From Pirellulales bacterium (lineage in GTDB: Bacteria; Planctomycetota; Planctomycetia; Pirellulales; UBA1268): a stretch of 39,258 nucleotides of DNA. Below are positions 17,624 through 27,941 of this stretch, piece by piece. The position numbers were made by a program, and so were the translations under genes. Where the stretch lies: positions 1 through 39,258 of the forward strand of contig JBIIOJ010000003.1 in the NCBI GenBank assembly GCA_044337015.1, written 5' to 3'. A model generated the notes under the pieces. The model was not told the origin of the DNA, searched no databases, and saw nothing but the letters and a program-made list of their open reading frames with translations. The number at the start of each line of letters is the position of its first letter. Positions within the stretch are counted from its first letter, which is position 1.

Positions 17624-19074
17624 GCCAGTTCGACACCACCGCCATAGCGGCAGCGGGCGTTGCGGTCGGTGCGCCCCTCGCGGCCGCGGCCGTGCTGCGG
17701 TCTGCCGGCTCCCGTCTGGGTCCGCGGGCAGTCGCGGGCACCACGCTTGGCGGCGTTCTCGTGGCGGCGGCCGTCGTGGCCTGGTGCTGGCACGCGGGTG
17801 GGGCGCGCACATTGATCTGGGGTGACCGCCTCGCCGGCGGTGCCATCGTCACGATCGACGGCCTGTCGGCGCTCCTCATGCCGTTCATCGCGGTGGTCGA
17901 TCTTGCAATACTGCTGGCCGCCCCCCGGCGGGCTCTCTCGCCGGAGGGTGTCTCGCGGACGCTCTGCGGAGTCGCCGCCACGTTCGCGATGCTCGCCACG
18001 TCCCATCCCGTGGCGCTCGTCGTGCTCTGGATCGTCTCATCGACGGCAACCTGGGCGGCCGTCCGTGGCACGCTCGGCGGACGGCCCACCGCCCGGGTCT
18101 ACGCGCTGGCGATCGGCGTGGCCGTCGTGCTCATGGCCGTCGGAACGGCCCTGCTCGTCGCGGATCCGCCCTGGCTGCGGTCGCACGGCGCGGTTGGCGC
18201 GGTGGGGGGCTGGCTCGTGGCCGTGGCGGTGATGATCCGCAAGGGGCTCGTGCCGTTTCACTCGTGGTATCCCGCGCTCTTCACGGGCGGCCCGCTCGCC
18301 TCGGCACTCACCGCGACCATGCCGCAGGTGGCCTCCTACACGGCCGTGCGGCTCCTCGTCGGCCACGCCGACGGCGTGGGACCCGAACTCGTCTTTCTGT
18401 CGAACGCCGCGCTCGTTACGGCCGCCTACGGCGCGGCCCTCGCCGTCGTGCAGCGCGACGCCCGTGGGCTCCTCGGTTACCTGGCCATGAGCCAGTCGGC
18501 GATGGTGCTCGCCGGCATCGCGGCGACGGTGCCGATGGAACTCATGGGAGCGCTTGCCGTCTGGGTGTCGAGTGGGCTTGCGCTCACGGGAATCGGCCTC
18601 GTCATCTGGGCACTCGAGAGCCGGGCGGGCCGTATCTCGCTCGATTCGCTCCAGGGCCGCTTCGCCGACGCGCCCGCCCTTGCCGCCTTCTTCCTGCTTT
18701 TCGGGCTGGCGAGCCTCGGCTTCCCGGGCACGTTGTCGTTCGTGGCCGACGACCTGATCATCTCCGGGGCCCTCGGATCCCAGACCCACGCGGGCATCCT
18801 CGTGATCCTAACGACTGTCTTCTCCGGCATCGCCGTGATCCGTGGCTGGTTTCGTATCTTCGGCGGGCCGGTGACCGTGGATGCCCCCCGGCACGAGATC
18901 CTTCCGCGGGAGCGGCTTGTGTTCACGGCGCTTCTGGCCATCATCTTCGGGCTGGGGCTGTGGCCCGGCCCGTTCGTGCGATCGCTCGACGCGGTCGCCC
19001 GGTCGATCCTCGTCTCTTCTGAGCCGGCTTCCGAGCATGCGCCCACTTCCCTTCCCCAAGGAGCCCATCCATGA
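17620..19074 (+). CDS. Second proton-antiporter-like membrane subunit (NuoM/ND4-like, divergent)
   Basis: IDGLSALL, IRKGLVPFHSWYP, LASLGFPGTLSFVAD, LGLWPGP; GGAGG RBS and ATGA overlap with dabB. Confidence 0.82.
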   Translation: MSQFDTTAIAAAGVAVGAPLAAAAVLRSAGSRLGPRAVAGTTLGGVLVAAAVVAWCWHAGGARTLIWGDRLAGGAIVTIDGLSALLMPFIAVVDLAILLAAPRRALSPEGVSRTLCGVAATFAMLATSHPVALVVLWIVSSTATWAAVRGTLGGRPTARVYALAIGVAVVLMAVGTALLVADPPWLRSHGAVGAVGGWLVAVAVMIRKGLVPFHSWYPALFTGGPLASALTATMPQVASYTAVRLLVGHADGVGPELVFLSNAALVTAAYGAALAVVQRDARGLLGYLAMSQSAMVLAGIAATVPMELMGALAVWVSSGLALTGIGLVIWALESRAGRISLDSLQGRFADAPALAAFFLLFGLASLGFPGTLSFVADDLIISGALGSQTHAGILVILTTVFSGIAVIRGWFRIFGGPVTVDAPRHEILPRERLVFTALLAIIFGLGLWPGPFVRSLDAVARSILVSSEPASEHAPTSLPQGAHP

Positions 19075-20993
19075 CCGCCGACGCTTCCGCTCCGCGGCCT
19101 GCCATGACCGCCGGAGAGGTGCCGCATGGCACGCCCGCCGGCTTCCTCCACTACCTGAAGCAGGACGCCACGAGCGGCTTCCTCGTGTTCCTCATCGCGC
19201 TGCCCCTGTGCCTCGGCATCTCGCTGGCCAGCGGCTTTCCGCCCGTCGCGGGCGTGTTCACGGCGATCGTCGGCGCCGTCGTCACGTCGCTGATCTCGAA
19301 CTCCGAGCTCACGATCAAAGGCCCCGCCGCGGGCCTCATCGTGATCGTGCTCGGGGCGATGCAGTCGTTCGGTTACACCGGCGGCTCCGACCCGGCGGCC
19401 GATTTGCAGGCCTACCGGATGGCGCTCGCGGTGGGCTGCGTGGCCGGCGTCGTGCAGGTGGCTTTCGGCCTGCTACGGGCGGGAGCCTTGAGCGAGTTCT
19501 TTCCCACGGCCGTGGTACACGGCATGCTCGCGGCGATCGGCTTCATCATCTGCCTCAAGCAGATCCCCGTCGTGTTCGGCCAGAAGGCCTCGGGTGAGCC
19601 GCTCGAGATCCTCCGTGAACTCCCGGAGAAGATCGCGCACTTCAATCCCCATATCACCGTGATCGGCCTGGTGAGCCTGGCGATCCTGTTCGGCCTCCCG
19701 CTCGTGAAGACGCGTCTGCGGCCGGCCTGGCTGCGGATGATCCCCGCCCAGCTGCTCGTGCTGGCGGTGGCGGTGCCGCTGGGCATCTGGTTGGGGATCG
19801 GCGAGTCATTCCTCGTCAACGTCCCCGGCAACCTCGCGGCCGCCGTGACGACTCCCGACTTTTCCGTCTTCACCTCGGCCGCCACCCGCACGTCCGGCGT
19901 CTGGTGGGTCGTGATGTTCGCACTGGTGGGCAGCGTGGAGTCGTTGCTCTCGGCCAAGGCGATCGACCTGCTCGACCCCTGGCGCCGCAAGACCGACATG
20001 AACCGCGACCTGCTCGCCGTGGGCGTGGCGAATGTCGCCGCCTCATCGCTGGGCGGCCTGCCGATGATCTCGGAAATCGTCCGGAGCAAGGCAAATATCG
20101 ACAACGGCGCCCGCACGCGGTTCGCCGACCTCTGGCACGGCTTGTTCCTCCTCGCCTTCGTGGCACTCGTCCCCTGGGCGATCCACCGCATCCCGCTCTC
20201 GGCGCTCGCCGCGATGCTCGTGTACACGGGCTTCCGGCTCGCCTCGCCCCGGGAATTCATCAATGTGTTCAAGATCGGCTCCGAGCAGCTCCTCATCTTC
20301 GTGGCGACGATCGTGGGTGTGCTCGCCACCGACCTGCTCGTGGGCGTGGGGATCGGCATCGCGCTGAAGTTCGTGATCCACGCCCTCAACGGCGTGCCAC
20401 TCTCGTCGTTCTTCAAGCCATTCCTCAAGGTGACCGCGTTGGACGACCACACCGTCCAGATCGACGCCGGCGGCTCCGCGGTATTCAGCAACTGGATTCC
20501 GTTCCGCCGGCAGATCGTGCAGCTCGGCCTGGCCCAGGGCCACAATGTGGTCGTGAACCTCGCCGGCGCGAGGGTCGTCGACTCGAGCGTGATGGAGAAG
20601 CTGGAGGGTCTCGGCCACGACTTCGAGCAGGCGGGGCTGAAGCTCGACGTGGTGGGCCTCGAGTCGCACCGCGGCGCATCGACCCACCCCCATGCCACTC
20701 GCCACCGGTCGCTCACACGCCTTCGCCGGGTGACGGTCGTGGCGGAGGCCGCCCTCGAGACGCGGCTCGCACGGCGTTTTCGCGAGCTCGCCGCCTCGGG
20801 TCACACGGCGATGCCCTGCCACGGCGCCGGCCGCAGCGGCACAGGCGGCGACGGCTTCGTGCGGATCGAGGCCATCGTGCCGCACGACGCCGCCGATCGG
20901 ATCCTAGACGCGATCCAGGCCGAGTTCGCGCCGGCCCACCGCGTGACCGTCTGCATCGAGACCGTGGAGGTGCTGCGGCCGGAGAAGTTCTGA
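19071..20993 (+). CDS. SulP/SLC26 anion (probably bicarbonate) transporter with STAS-like domain, fused to a C-terminal PII-like (SbtB-like) domain
   Basis: DATSGFLVFLIALPLCLGISLASG, IKGPAAGL, ESLLSAKAID, GGLPMISEIVRSKAN, IPLSALAAML; STAS-like VVNLAGARVVDSSVMEKL; residues 551-640 PII-like, ending VEVLRPEKF; AAGGAG RBS, ATGA overlap. Confidence 0.88.
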   Translation: MTADASAPRPAMTAGEVPHGTPAGFLHYLKQDATSGFLVFLIALPLCLGISLASGFPPVAGVFTAIVGAVVTSLISNSELTIKGPAAGLIVIVLGAMQSFGYTGGSDPAADLQAYRMALAVGCVAGVVQVAFGLLRAGALSEFFPTAVVHGMLAAIGFIICLKQIPVVFGQKASGEPLEILRELPEKIAHFNPHITVIGLVSLAILFGLPLVKTRLRPAWLRMIPAQLLVLAVAVPLGIWLGIGESFLVNVPGNLAAAVTTPDFSVFTSAATRTSGVWWVVMFALVGSVESLLSAKAIDLLDPWRRKTDMNRDLLAVGVANVAASSLGGLPMISEIVRSKANIDNGARTRFADLWHGLFLLAFVALVPWAIHRIPLSALAAMLVYTGFRLASPREFINVFKIGSEQLLIFVATIVGVLATDLLVGVGIGIALKFVIHALNGVPLSSFFKPFLKVTALDDHTVQIDAGGSAVFSNWIPFRRQIVQLGLAQGHNVVVNLAGARVVDSSVMEKLEGLGHDFEQAGLKLDVVGLESHRGASTHPHATRHRSLTRLRRVTVVAEAALETRLARRFRELAASGHTAMPCHGAGRSGTGGDGFVRIEAIVPHDAADRILDAIQAEFAPAHRVTVCIETVEVLRPEKF

Positions 20994-21135
20994 GCGTCAG
21001 TGACGCTGCCCCCTGCACCACCAACTTCAGCGCCTCTTCCCCGTCGATTCGACGTATTCTGGGAAGATGGCCAGCGTGGTGATGTCGAGGAAGTACCGGT
21101 TGTCAATTGGGAGCGGGCAGTCGTGCCAGGCTCGC

Positions 21136-21969
21136 TCATGCGGCGGGTCTTCCGCGGCCGTCGCCCGGTGCGACCCCTCCGGCGGCGGCCTCTAACAATC
21201 GCGCGAGTTCTTCCTCGATCGGCACTCCGGCCGGCCCCTGGAGCGACGCCGCCCAGCTCGCATGCCGCGACGGCTCCCGACGGGCGGGCTTCTGCCCCTT
21301 CCGACGCTTTCCCGACCAGGCCCAATCCTCGGCGTCGTCGGTGAGCCGCGTGAGGATCCGCTCGACACCCTCGCGGTGGATCTCTATCCCCTCGCGGTCG
21401 AGGTCCGGCGGCACGGCGATCGGCCGGCTCACGACCGCGCGGGCCCGCGAGAAGGGCCGCGGCAGGGCGAACTGGTCCCAGGTGTTGAACCGCCAGGGCC
21501 GGTCGTAGCCGAACCCCATCGCCACGATCGGGATGCGGAGCGTGCTCGCGAGGAACACGCATCCCGGCGCGAGCCGGCGACGCGGACCGCGGGGTCCGTC
21601 GGGGGTGATCGTAAGGTTCGATCGTGCCGCCCGGTCGGCCAGCTGCCGCAGCACGACCGAACCTCCCTCGAACGTGCTCCCGCGGACGACCCCGAAGCCC
21701 ATCATCCCGGCGACGCTGCCGAGGACGTTGGCGTCGAAGTGCCGCGAGAGCAGCATGAAGATGTTGGAGTGCCCGCGGAGCGCGAGCGGAAAGAGGATGT
21801 TTTCGTGCCAGAAGACGTAGATCTTCGACCCGCGATACCGAGGATCGACCGGATCGACCGAAGGATCTTCGTAGGCGACCGCGTAGTCGAGCGATCCCAT
21901 CCAGTGCCGGATCGTGGCGGTCGCCGCGAGCGACACGGCACCGATCGCGAGGGGGCTTGAGAGCTTCAC
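21136..21969 (-). CDS. DUF374 / lysophospholipid acyltransferase family protein (LpxJ-like)
   Basis: YVFWHENI, LLSRHFDA, VRGST, ITPDGPRGPRR, WDQFALPRPFSR; GTG start overlaps the dapF stop (GTGA). Confidence 0.85.
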   Translation of the reverse strand: MKLSSPLAIGAVSLAATATIRHWMGSLDYAVAYEDPSVDPVDPRYRGSKIYVFWHENILFPLALRGHSNIFMLLSRHFDANVLGSVAGMMGFGVVRGSTFEGGSVVLRQLADRAARSNLTITPDGPRGPRRRLAPGCVFLASTLRIPIVAMGFGYDRPWRFNTWDQFALPRPFSRARAVVSRPIAVPPDLDREGIEIHREGVERILTRLTDDAEDWAWSGKRRKGQKPARREPSRHASWAASLQGPAGVPIEEELARLLEAAAGGVAPGDGRGRPAA

Positions 21970-22937
21970 CGGGCGGCTCCTTCCGGGGCCGGCTCGGCGG
22001 CGGTCGCCGGCCAGACTCCCTCGAACACCTCCTCGGCGGGCCCCGTCATGTGGACCGGCCCCGTCCCCGGCCACTCGAGCACGAGCTCGCCACCGGGCAG
22101 CTCCGCCGTGATCCGCGGCCCGCTCCTTCCGGTGAGCACGCCGGCGACGCAGACAGCCGACGCGCCCGTGCCACAGGCCTGCGTGATGCCGCTGCCGCGC
22201 TCCCATGTCCGCATCCTCACACGGTCCGGGGCGAGCACCTGCACGAAGTGCACGTTCGTCCGCTTCGGGAAGCTCGGATGCCGTTCGACGAGAGGACCGA
22301 TCGTCGAAAGCGGCACGGCCTCCACGCGGTCGCAGTACCAGATCGCGTGGGGATTCCCCATCGAGACGCAGGTCATCCGCGGATCGAGGCCCGCCTCGCG
22401 CCACCAGGGCGTCGCCTCGCCGATCGCCGGACTCGCGGCGAGCACGACCGGCCCGTCACCGCATCCGGTCACGGGCACGTCCGCCGCCGCGAGCAGCGGC
22501 TCCCCCATGTCGACCCGCACCATCGAGCTGCGCGGGCCGGTCCGCTCGACCTCCAGCTCGAGCACTCCCCGGCCCGTTTCGATCGTGATCGTGCTGCGGC
22601 CGGCAGCGGGAGGCGTGCGGGCGTGCCCTCTGGCCACGACGAGGTGGGCGACGCAGCGGACGCCGTTGCCGCACATCTCCGACTCGCTACCGTCGGCGTT
22701 GAACATCCGCATCCTCGCGTCGGCCCGGTTCGACGGCACGACGAGCACGAGCCCGTCGCCGCCGACGCCGCGGTGCCGATCGGCGACCAGGGCCGCGAGC
22801 GACTCCGGGTGGGCGGGGACCGGATTCCGGAAACAGTCGACGTAGACGTAATCGTTCCCGGCGCCGTGCATCTTCACGAACGGCATCGGCTCGGCGGTGA
22901 CGGGGGGAATCGGCATCAGGAGCTCCGGGAGGATCAT
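21966..22937 (-). CDS. dapF: Diaminopimelate epimerase
   Basis: FVKMHGAGNDY, DRHRGVGGDG, NADGSESEMCGNGVRC, SMGNPH, WERGSGITQACGTGA, LPGGEL; start at 22937 (ATGA overlap), 22916 or 22886. Confidence 0.95.
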   Translation of the reverse strand: MILPELLMPIPPVTAEPMPFVKMHGAGNDYVYVDCFRNPVPAHPESLAALVADRHRGVGGDGLVLVVPSNRADARMRMFNADGSESEMCGNGVRCVAHLVVARGHARTPPAAGRSTITIETGRGVLELEVERTGPRSSMVRVDMGEPLLAAADVPVTGCGDGPVVLAASPAIGEATPWWREAGLDPRMTCVSMGNPHAIWYCDRVEAVPLSTIGPLVERHPSFPKRTNVHFVQVLAPDRVRMRTWERGSGITQACGTGASAVCVAGVLTGRSGPRITAELPGGELVLEWPGTGPVHMTGPAEEVFEGVWPATAAEPAPEGAAR

Positions 22938-25900
22938 TGGACGTTCGAGGGGCCGATTCCGTCGAGGCCGAGCGCCGCCCTGCGTTCTCCACGCTGCGAC
23001 TGCAGCTTCTGGATCGCCGCATTGAGGGTGGGGAACGCCTCGCTCGTCATCTTCGGGTCCGCCAGCGTACCGTCGACGTGGATGAGCATGAACTGGCCGC
23101 TCGCGCCGCCGAGCATCCGCTTCATCACCGGAAGCTGCAGCTGGGAGTCGCCCATGATCGACCGAAACGTCATGTGCGTGTTGCCGTCGAAGTCGAGCTC
23201 CCCGTTGCCGACGAGGCTGATGGCGTCGCCGGAAAGCTCGATGTTGTCGAGGTAGAACCGTGGGCCTTCGACGCGGAAATCGACGAAGCTCGAGCCGAAC
23301 GCGTTGCGGTCGGGGGCCTTCACCCGCAGCATCTTCAGCAGCGCGAGCACGAGCGGCAGCTCGTAGATATCGGCATCCCGAAGCCTCAGGTTCCCTTTCC
23401 CGGAGAGCGAATGGGATCCGGCCCGCGACCCCGAGATGTCGATCGCCCCTTGAACCCGTCCGCGGTGACGGTGGGAGGTTCCAAGCCACTCGGCCGAGAG
23501 TCGCGCGAGGTCCGCATCCGACACCTCCGCCGACATTCGGAACGAGCCCGATGGGCCCGACGCCACGACGCCGTCGGCCTGGAGCGTTCCACCGGCGACC
23601 CGCGCGACGAGCCGCCGCCCGCGGGCCGTGGCCGAGGGAGCGGCCGCTGCGCCGATCCGCAGTCCCTCCGGGTCGACGGAGAGCGGGCCCGTCACCCCGG
23701 TCAACTGCACTCCCCGGTAGATGAGGCTGTCGATCGCGAGCTCCCCGGTCGACTGCCAGCGTCGGCCGTCCGACTGCCCGACGATGTGGACGCCGCCGTG
23801 AACGTGTTCGAGGGGCGCACCGACGTCGAGCGTGCCCTGCTCGATGTCGAGGTGCATGTCCCAGGCCGCGGAGACGCGGCCGGGCGGCTCGGGCGGGGCG
23901 GTCGAGGCCGCCTGCACCTCTGCCGCCGGGGTCGCCGGGGTCGAATAGATGTCGAGCGACCCGGCGAGGGACATCATGCCCCGCGGCCGGACCGATTGGA
24001 TCGCCTCCTGCAGGCCGTCCGGCAACGCCGTGAGCAGCTCGTGGTCGGTGCGGAAGCGGTCGGCGGAGAGCTTCGTGAATGCGACGTGCCAGCCGCCGTC
24101 GGGCTGGAAGCGGCATGTTCCCTCGGTGGCGACTGTCGTCCGCGCGTGCACCCCGCGGATTCCCTCAAATCGCATCAGCCCCTTGTGCCAGAGCAGTTTG
24201 CCCGTGAGCCGCTCGAGACGGTATGGAAACCATGACGGCTCGATCGACACCGTGTCGCCGCTGGGCGTGGCCTCCATCTCCACGTCGGTGGACCTCGCCT
24301 TGACGCGATGCCGAACCGTCGCCTTCACGTCGACGAGGCCGCGCGGGTCGACGTCGTTCCAGATCCGCCGCATGCTCCCCGGCAGGCTGTCGCGAAGCTC
24401 GTCCTCGAGCACCATCCGCTCGCCGGTCAGCCGCAGCTCGAGCTGTCCGTCCCCGTCGGGCAGGGGCTCCAGTTCGCCGGAGCAGCGAACGACGCCGGAG
24501 TCGTTCGAGCCCGACACGTCGCGGATGAGCCAACGGCCATCCCGCATGTGAACCTGCCCGCTCACGCCGGAGAGCGGGTAGGGGAAGCCGGCATACGCCA
24601 TGCTGCACTGCGCGAGGCGGATCCCCAGCGAGTTGGCATGGCCCGCCTCCAGGTCGGGAGACCGCTCGTGACGGAAGACGAAGCCGAACCTGCCGCTCGC
24701 CCGCAGGGCTCGAACGATGTCGGCGCTTCGCGGCGGCATCGCGGCGAGCAGCCCCTCGTCGATCCCCATGTCGTCCGCTCGCACCTCGAGCACTCCCCTG
24801 CCACCGGAGCCCATGTCCTGGAACGAGCCGTCGACCTGCACGGGATGGCTTCCCGCCTGGCCGGTGAGGTGGAGCGTGAGCGACGATCCGTCGAGCACCA
24901 CCGTGCCGACGGTCCGATCGAGCCGGTAGGGAAACCGGTAGTGCGTGATGGAGACGTTGCGACACCGCAGCGAGACCTTCGGCTCGATCCGTGATTCCTT
25001 CCGCACGACCTGCGCCCGCACGTCGACCTCACCCGCCGGCAGGAGCTTGCGCCACTGGGCCGCCGTGGGCTCCGGCAGGAGCGGCTCCCAGTGACGGCCG
25101 ACGAGCAGCCGCTCGGCGTCGACGACGAGTTCGAAGTCTGTGGCGGGATCCCAGCGGCTCCACCGAGCCGATCCCTTGAGGAGCGTCGTCCCCGAGTGGG
25201 CGCGAAGCTCGCTGATCTGCCCGCCCGACGGGCCGGCCGTGAACGAAGCCGCAATGTCGCTCACGGCGAAGGGGAGCGAACCGTGCTCGTAGCGGCCGGC
25301 CTCCACCCGTCCGGTGACCTCGTAGTCGACGGCCGCGAGGTCCGACCGGTTGCCGCGGGCCCGCCACTCGAGGTCGCAGCGGCCGCGGAATCCCCTCGCC
25401 CAGTCGAGGGCCGCGGCTCCCGCGCTACCGGCCGCAGATCCCGAAGTGCCGGCCGTGACCATGGCGACCACCGACTCCGAAAGCTCGAAGGATCCGATCG
25501 TGCCGGCGAGGTCGAAGCCGCCGTCCGCGAGCCCGACGCGGCCCTGGAACCCTCCCTCGGAGAACAGGTCGCCCGACATGCTTCCGCGGATCGCGATCGT
25601 CGCCGTCGCCGGCTCGACCGCCACCTCGGCATGAATCCGCCGCAGCGATGTCCGCACGGCGGAGGACGCATCCTCCACGAGCACCGTCGCATCCTCGATC
25701 ACCAGTGGCGGCGGAGCGGACGGCTGCCCGCGGCCGAGCAGCCGGGCGATCGTCCAGGCTTTCCCTTCCAGCCGCACCGCGTGAACGACGGGCCGCCTGA
25801 CCCTCACGTGCGCGATCTCGATCCGTCCCGACGCCAGGTCGGAAAGACTCGTGCTGCACGCAAGCCGGACCTCCTCGACGTGCAGGATCGTGCGGATCGC

Positions 25901-26194
25901 CTGGGGCAGTTCCGGGGCGGCGAAGGAGACGCCCCGGACGACGATCCCCTCCCCTTCCACGACCTGTGCCGACTGGACCTGCACGTCGATCGACGGAAAC
26001 GCCTCGCGGAGCCGAAGTTCGACCCGCGCGCGGACCTCCTCGCCGAGACGGCTCGATCCGATGGCGGCCGCCGCGATGACGCCGGCGACCGTGATCGGCA
26101 CGGTCCAGCGGACGATGGTCCAGAGCGTGTCGGAGATGGTGCTCAAGGCTGTCGGCGTTGATGGACGGTCCGCGGGATTTTGGGGGCGGGACAC
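22934..26194 (-). CDS. Large AsmA-like (repeating beta-groove) envelope protein
   Basis: 1086 aa, single N-terminal TM anchor, repeated beta-rich units ([29 protein letters not shown]), AsmA-type C-terminus ([21 protein letters not shown]). Confidence 0.75.
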   Translation of the reverse strand: MSRPQNPADRPSTPTALSTISDTLWTIVRWTVPITVAGVIAAAAIGSSRLGEEVRARVELRLREAFPSIDVQVQSAQVVEGEGIVVRGVSFAAPELPQAIRTILHVEEVRLACSTSLSDLASGRIEIAHVRVRRPVVHAVRLEGKAWTIARLLGRGQPSAPPPLVIEDATVLVEDASSAVRTSLRRIHAEVAVEPATATIAIRGSMSGDLFSEGGFQGRVGLADGGFDLAGTIGSFELSESVVAMVTAGTSGSAAGSAGAAALDWARGFRGRCDLEWRARGNRSDLAAVDYEVTGRVEAGRYEHGSLPFAVSDIAASFTAGPSGGQISELRAHSGTTLLKGSARWSRWDPATDFELVVDAERLLVGRHWEPLLPEPTAAQWRKLLPAGEVDVRAQVVRKESRIEPKVSLRCRNVSITHYRFPYRLDRTVGTVVLDGSSLTLHLTGQAGSHPVQVDGSFQDMGSGGRGVLEVRADDMGIDEGLLAAMPPRSADIVRALRASGRFGFVFRHERSPDLEAGHANSLGIRLAQCSMAYAGFPYPLSGVSGQVHMRDGRWLIRDVSGSNDSGVVRCSGELEPLPDGDGQLELRLTGERMVLEDELRDSLPGSMRRIWNDVDPRGLVDVKATVRHRVKARSTDVEMEATPSGDTVSIEPSWFPYRLERLTGKLLWHKGLMRFEGIRGVHARTTVATEGTCRFQPDGGWHVAFTKLSADRFRTDHELLTALPDGLQEAIQSVRPRGMMSLAGSLDIYSTPATPAAEVQAASTAPPEPPGRVSAAWDMHLDIEQGTLDVGAPLEHVHGGVHIVGQSDGRRWQSTGELAIDSLIYRGVQLTGVTGPLSVDPEGLRIGAAAAPSATARGRRLVARVAGGTLQADGVVASGPSGSFRMSAEVSDADLARLSAEWLGTSHRHRGRVQGAIDISGSRAGSHSLSGKGNLRLRDADIYELPLVLALLKMLRVKAPDRNAFGSSFVDFRVEGPRFYLDNIELSGDAISLVGNGELDFDGNTHMTFRSIMGDSQLQLPVMKRMLGGASGQFMLIHVDGTLADPKMTSEAFPTLNAAIQKLQSQRGERRAALGLDGIGPSNVQ

Positions 26195-26339
26195 TAGATC
26201 GGCCGACGGCGGAAGGTCAAGACGCCCCCGCTGCGGCGGCCAGCCCCCCGGCCGCCCCGAAAGATTCCCCGTCCCGCAGCCTGCCGGGACCTGCTATGCT
26301 CCCCCGTCTTCTCAAGGGAACCATCCGGAGAAACCCGCT

Positions 26340-27941
26340 ATGCAGGCGAAGGAACGGGGCGGCAACGCCACAAACGGCTCGAACGACACCCCCTCGAACG
26401 CCCACCGACTCCTCTGGGCAGGCTTCATGGCGATCCTCGCCGCCGGCGTGGGCTTCGCCATCCGCGGCGGCATCCTCGACAACTGGGTTGAGCAGTTCGG
26501 CTTCACGCAGGAGCAGGTCGGGAAGATCACCGGCGGAGGGCTCTCCGGTTTCTGCTTCGGGATCATCATCGGCGGCGTCATCGTCGACAAGATCGGTTAC
26601 GGCAAGCTCGTCGCCCTCGCGCTCGCCGGTCACGTGCTCTCGGCCCTCGTGACCTTCAGCGCCTCGGAGCAAGCCACTGCCTACCAGCTGCTGTTCTGGG
26701 GCTCGTTCATCTTCGCCTTCGCGAACGGCACGCTCGAGGCGGTGGCCAATCCGCTCGTGGCCACGGTATTCCCGCACAATCGCACCCACTACCTCAACAT
26801 CCTCCATGCCAGCTGGCCGGCCGGCATGGTGCTCGGCTCGGTGGCAGGCTGGTACCTCGACGACAAGCTCCACTTGGACTGGAAGTACCAGCTGGCGCTC
26901 TATCTGGTGCCGACCGTCATCTACGCGCTCATGTTCCTCGGCCAGAAATTTCCCAAGTCGGAGGCGGCGGCGAAGGGGGCCAGCTTCGTCGACATGTTCC
27001 GCGACGTCGGCATCCTCGGGGCGGCGGTGGCCTGCTTCCTGCTCGCCCTGTTCTTCGGCGACATCCTCAAGGACTTCATTCCCGAGCAGGCGGCGGCCGC
27101 CGGCTACGTGCTCGGCGGCGTCCTGCTCCTCGCCGTGGCCTTCATGACCCGCTTCTCGATCGGCTCGCTCGTGCTCTTCATCCTCTTCGTGACCCATGCC
27201 CTCGTCGGGGCGGTCGAACTCGGCACGGACAGTTGGATCCAGAACATCACCGGCAACCTCTTCACCTCCGAGCAGGGCAAGTGGCTGTTCATCTGGACAT
27301 CGGCCATCATGTTCGGCCTCCGGTTCTGTGCCCACTTCATCGAGACGAAGCTGGGGCTGTCGCCGATCGGCCTGCTCCTCGTTTCGGCGGTGCTCGCCTT
27401 CCTCGGTCTGCGGTTCGCAAGCGGCATGAACACCTTCCCGGCAGCGCTCGCGGCGCTCGGCATCTACGCGCTGGGCAAGACGTTCTTCTGGCCGACGATG
27501 CTGGCCGTGGTCGGCGACCGGTTTCCACAGACCGGCGCCGTGGCCATGTCGATCATGGGTGGCATCGGGATGCTCTCCGCCGGATTGATCGGCGGACCCG
27601 GCCTCGGCTACTGCAAGGACCGCTTCGCCGGTGCGGCCCTCGAGAAGGCCGCTCCGGCGGTCTACGCGGAGTTCAGGTCGGAGAAGCCGAGCCGGTTCCT
27701 CAACGTCGCCAGCACCGAGGCCTTCGGGCTTGACGGCCAGAAGGTGGCGGAGGCCCGCAAGGCGGGCGACGCGGCGACGGAGTCGCAGAAGGCCGCGGTC
27801 GCCGCCGATCAGCAGGGCGACCGCGACACTCTCAAGGCCGACTCGATGATTCCGGCGACGATGGCCGTGGTCTATCTCGGGCTGATGCTCTACTTCGCGA
27901 GCATCGGCGGCTACCGCCGGGTCGAGATGCGGGGCGACTGA
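26340..27941 (+). CDS. MFS transporter (sugar/fucose-permease-like)
   Basis: DKIGYGK motif A variant, [37 protein letters not shown]; many TM segments. Confidence 0.85.
   Translation: MQAKERGGNATNGSNDTPSNAHRLLWAGFMAILAAGVGFAIRGGILDNWVEQFGFTQEQVGKITGGGLSGFCFGIIIGGVIVDKIGYGKLVALALAGHVLSALVTFSASEQATAYQLLFWGSFIFAFANGTLEAVANPLVATVFPHNRTHYLNILHASWPAGMVLGSVAGWYLDDKLHLDWKYQLALYLVPTVIYALMFLGQKFPKSEAAAKGASFVDMFRDVGILGAAVACFLLALFFGDILKDFIPEQAAAAGYVLGGVLLLAVAFMTRFSIGSLVLFILFVTHALVGAVELGTDSWIQNITGNLFTSEQGKWLFIWTSAIMFGLRFCAHFIETKLGLSPIGLLLVSAVLAFLGLRFASGMNTFPAALAALGIYALGKTFFWPTMLAVVGDRFPQTGAVAMSIMGGIGMLSAGLIGGPGLGYCKDRFAGAALEKAAPAVYAEFRSEKPSRFLNVASTEAFGLDGQKVAEARKAGDAATESQKAAVAADQQGDRDTLKADSMIPATMAVVYLGLMLYFASIGGYRRVEMRGD

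Noticed and set aside
16238-19074. Respiratory complex I (nuoL/nuoM) or Mrp antiporter operon
   Set aside because: No other nuo or mrp subunits are present, and coupling to DUF2309 indicates a Dab-type complex.
20993-21007. Palindrome agcgtca-g-tgacgct after the SulP stop as an intrinsic terminator
   Set aside because: It has a 1-nt loop and no U-tract, so it is not a credible terminator.
21000-21344. 114-aa ORF downstream of SulP as a fifth operon gene
   Set aside because: It has no RBS, overlaps the DUF374 gene antisense for most of its length, and has no recognisable motif.
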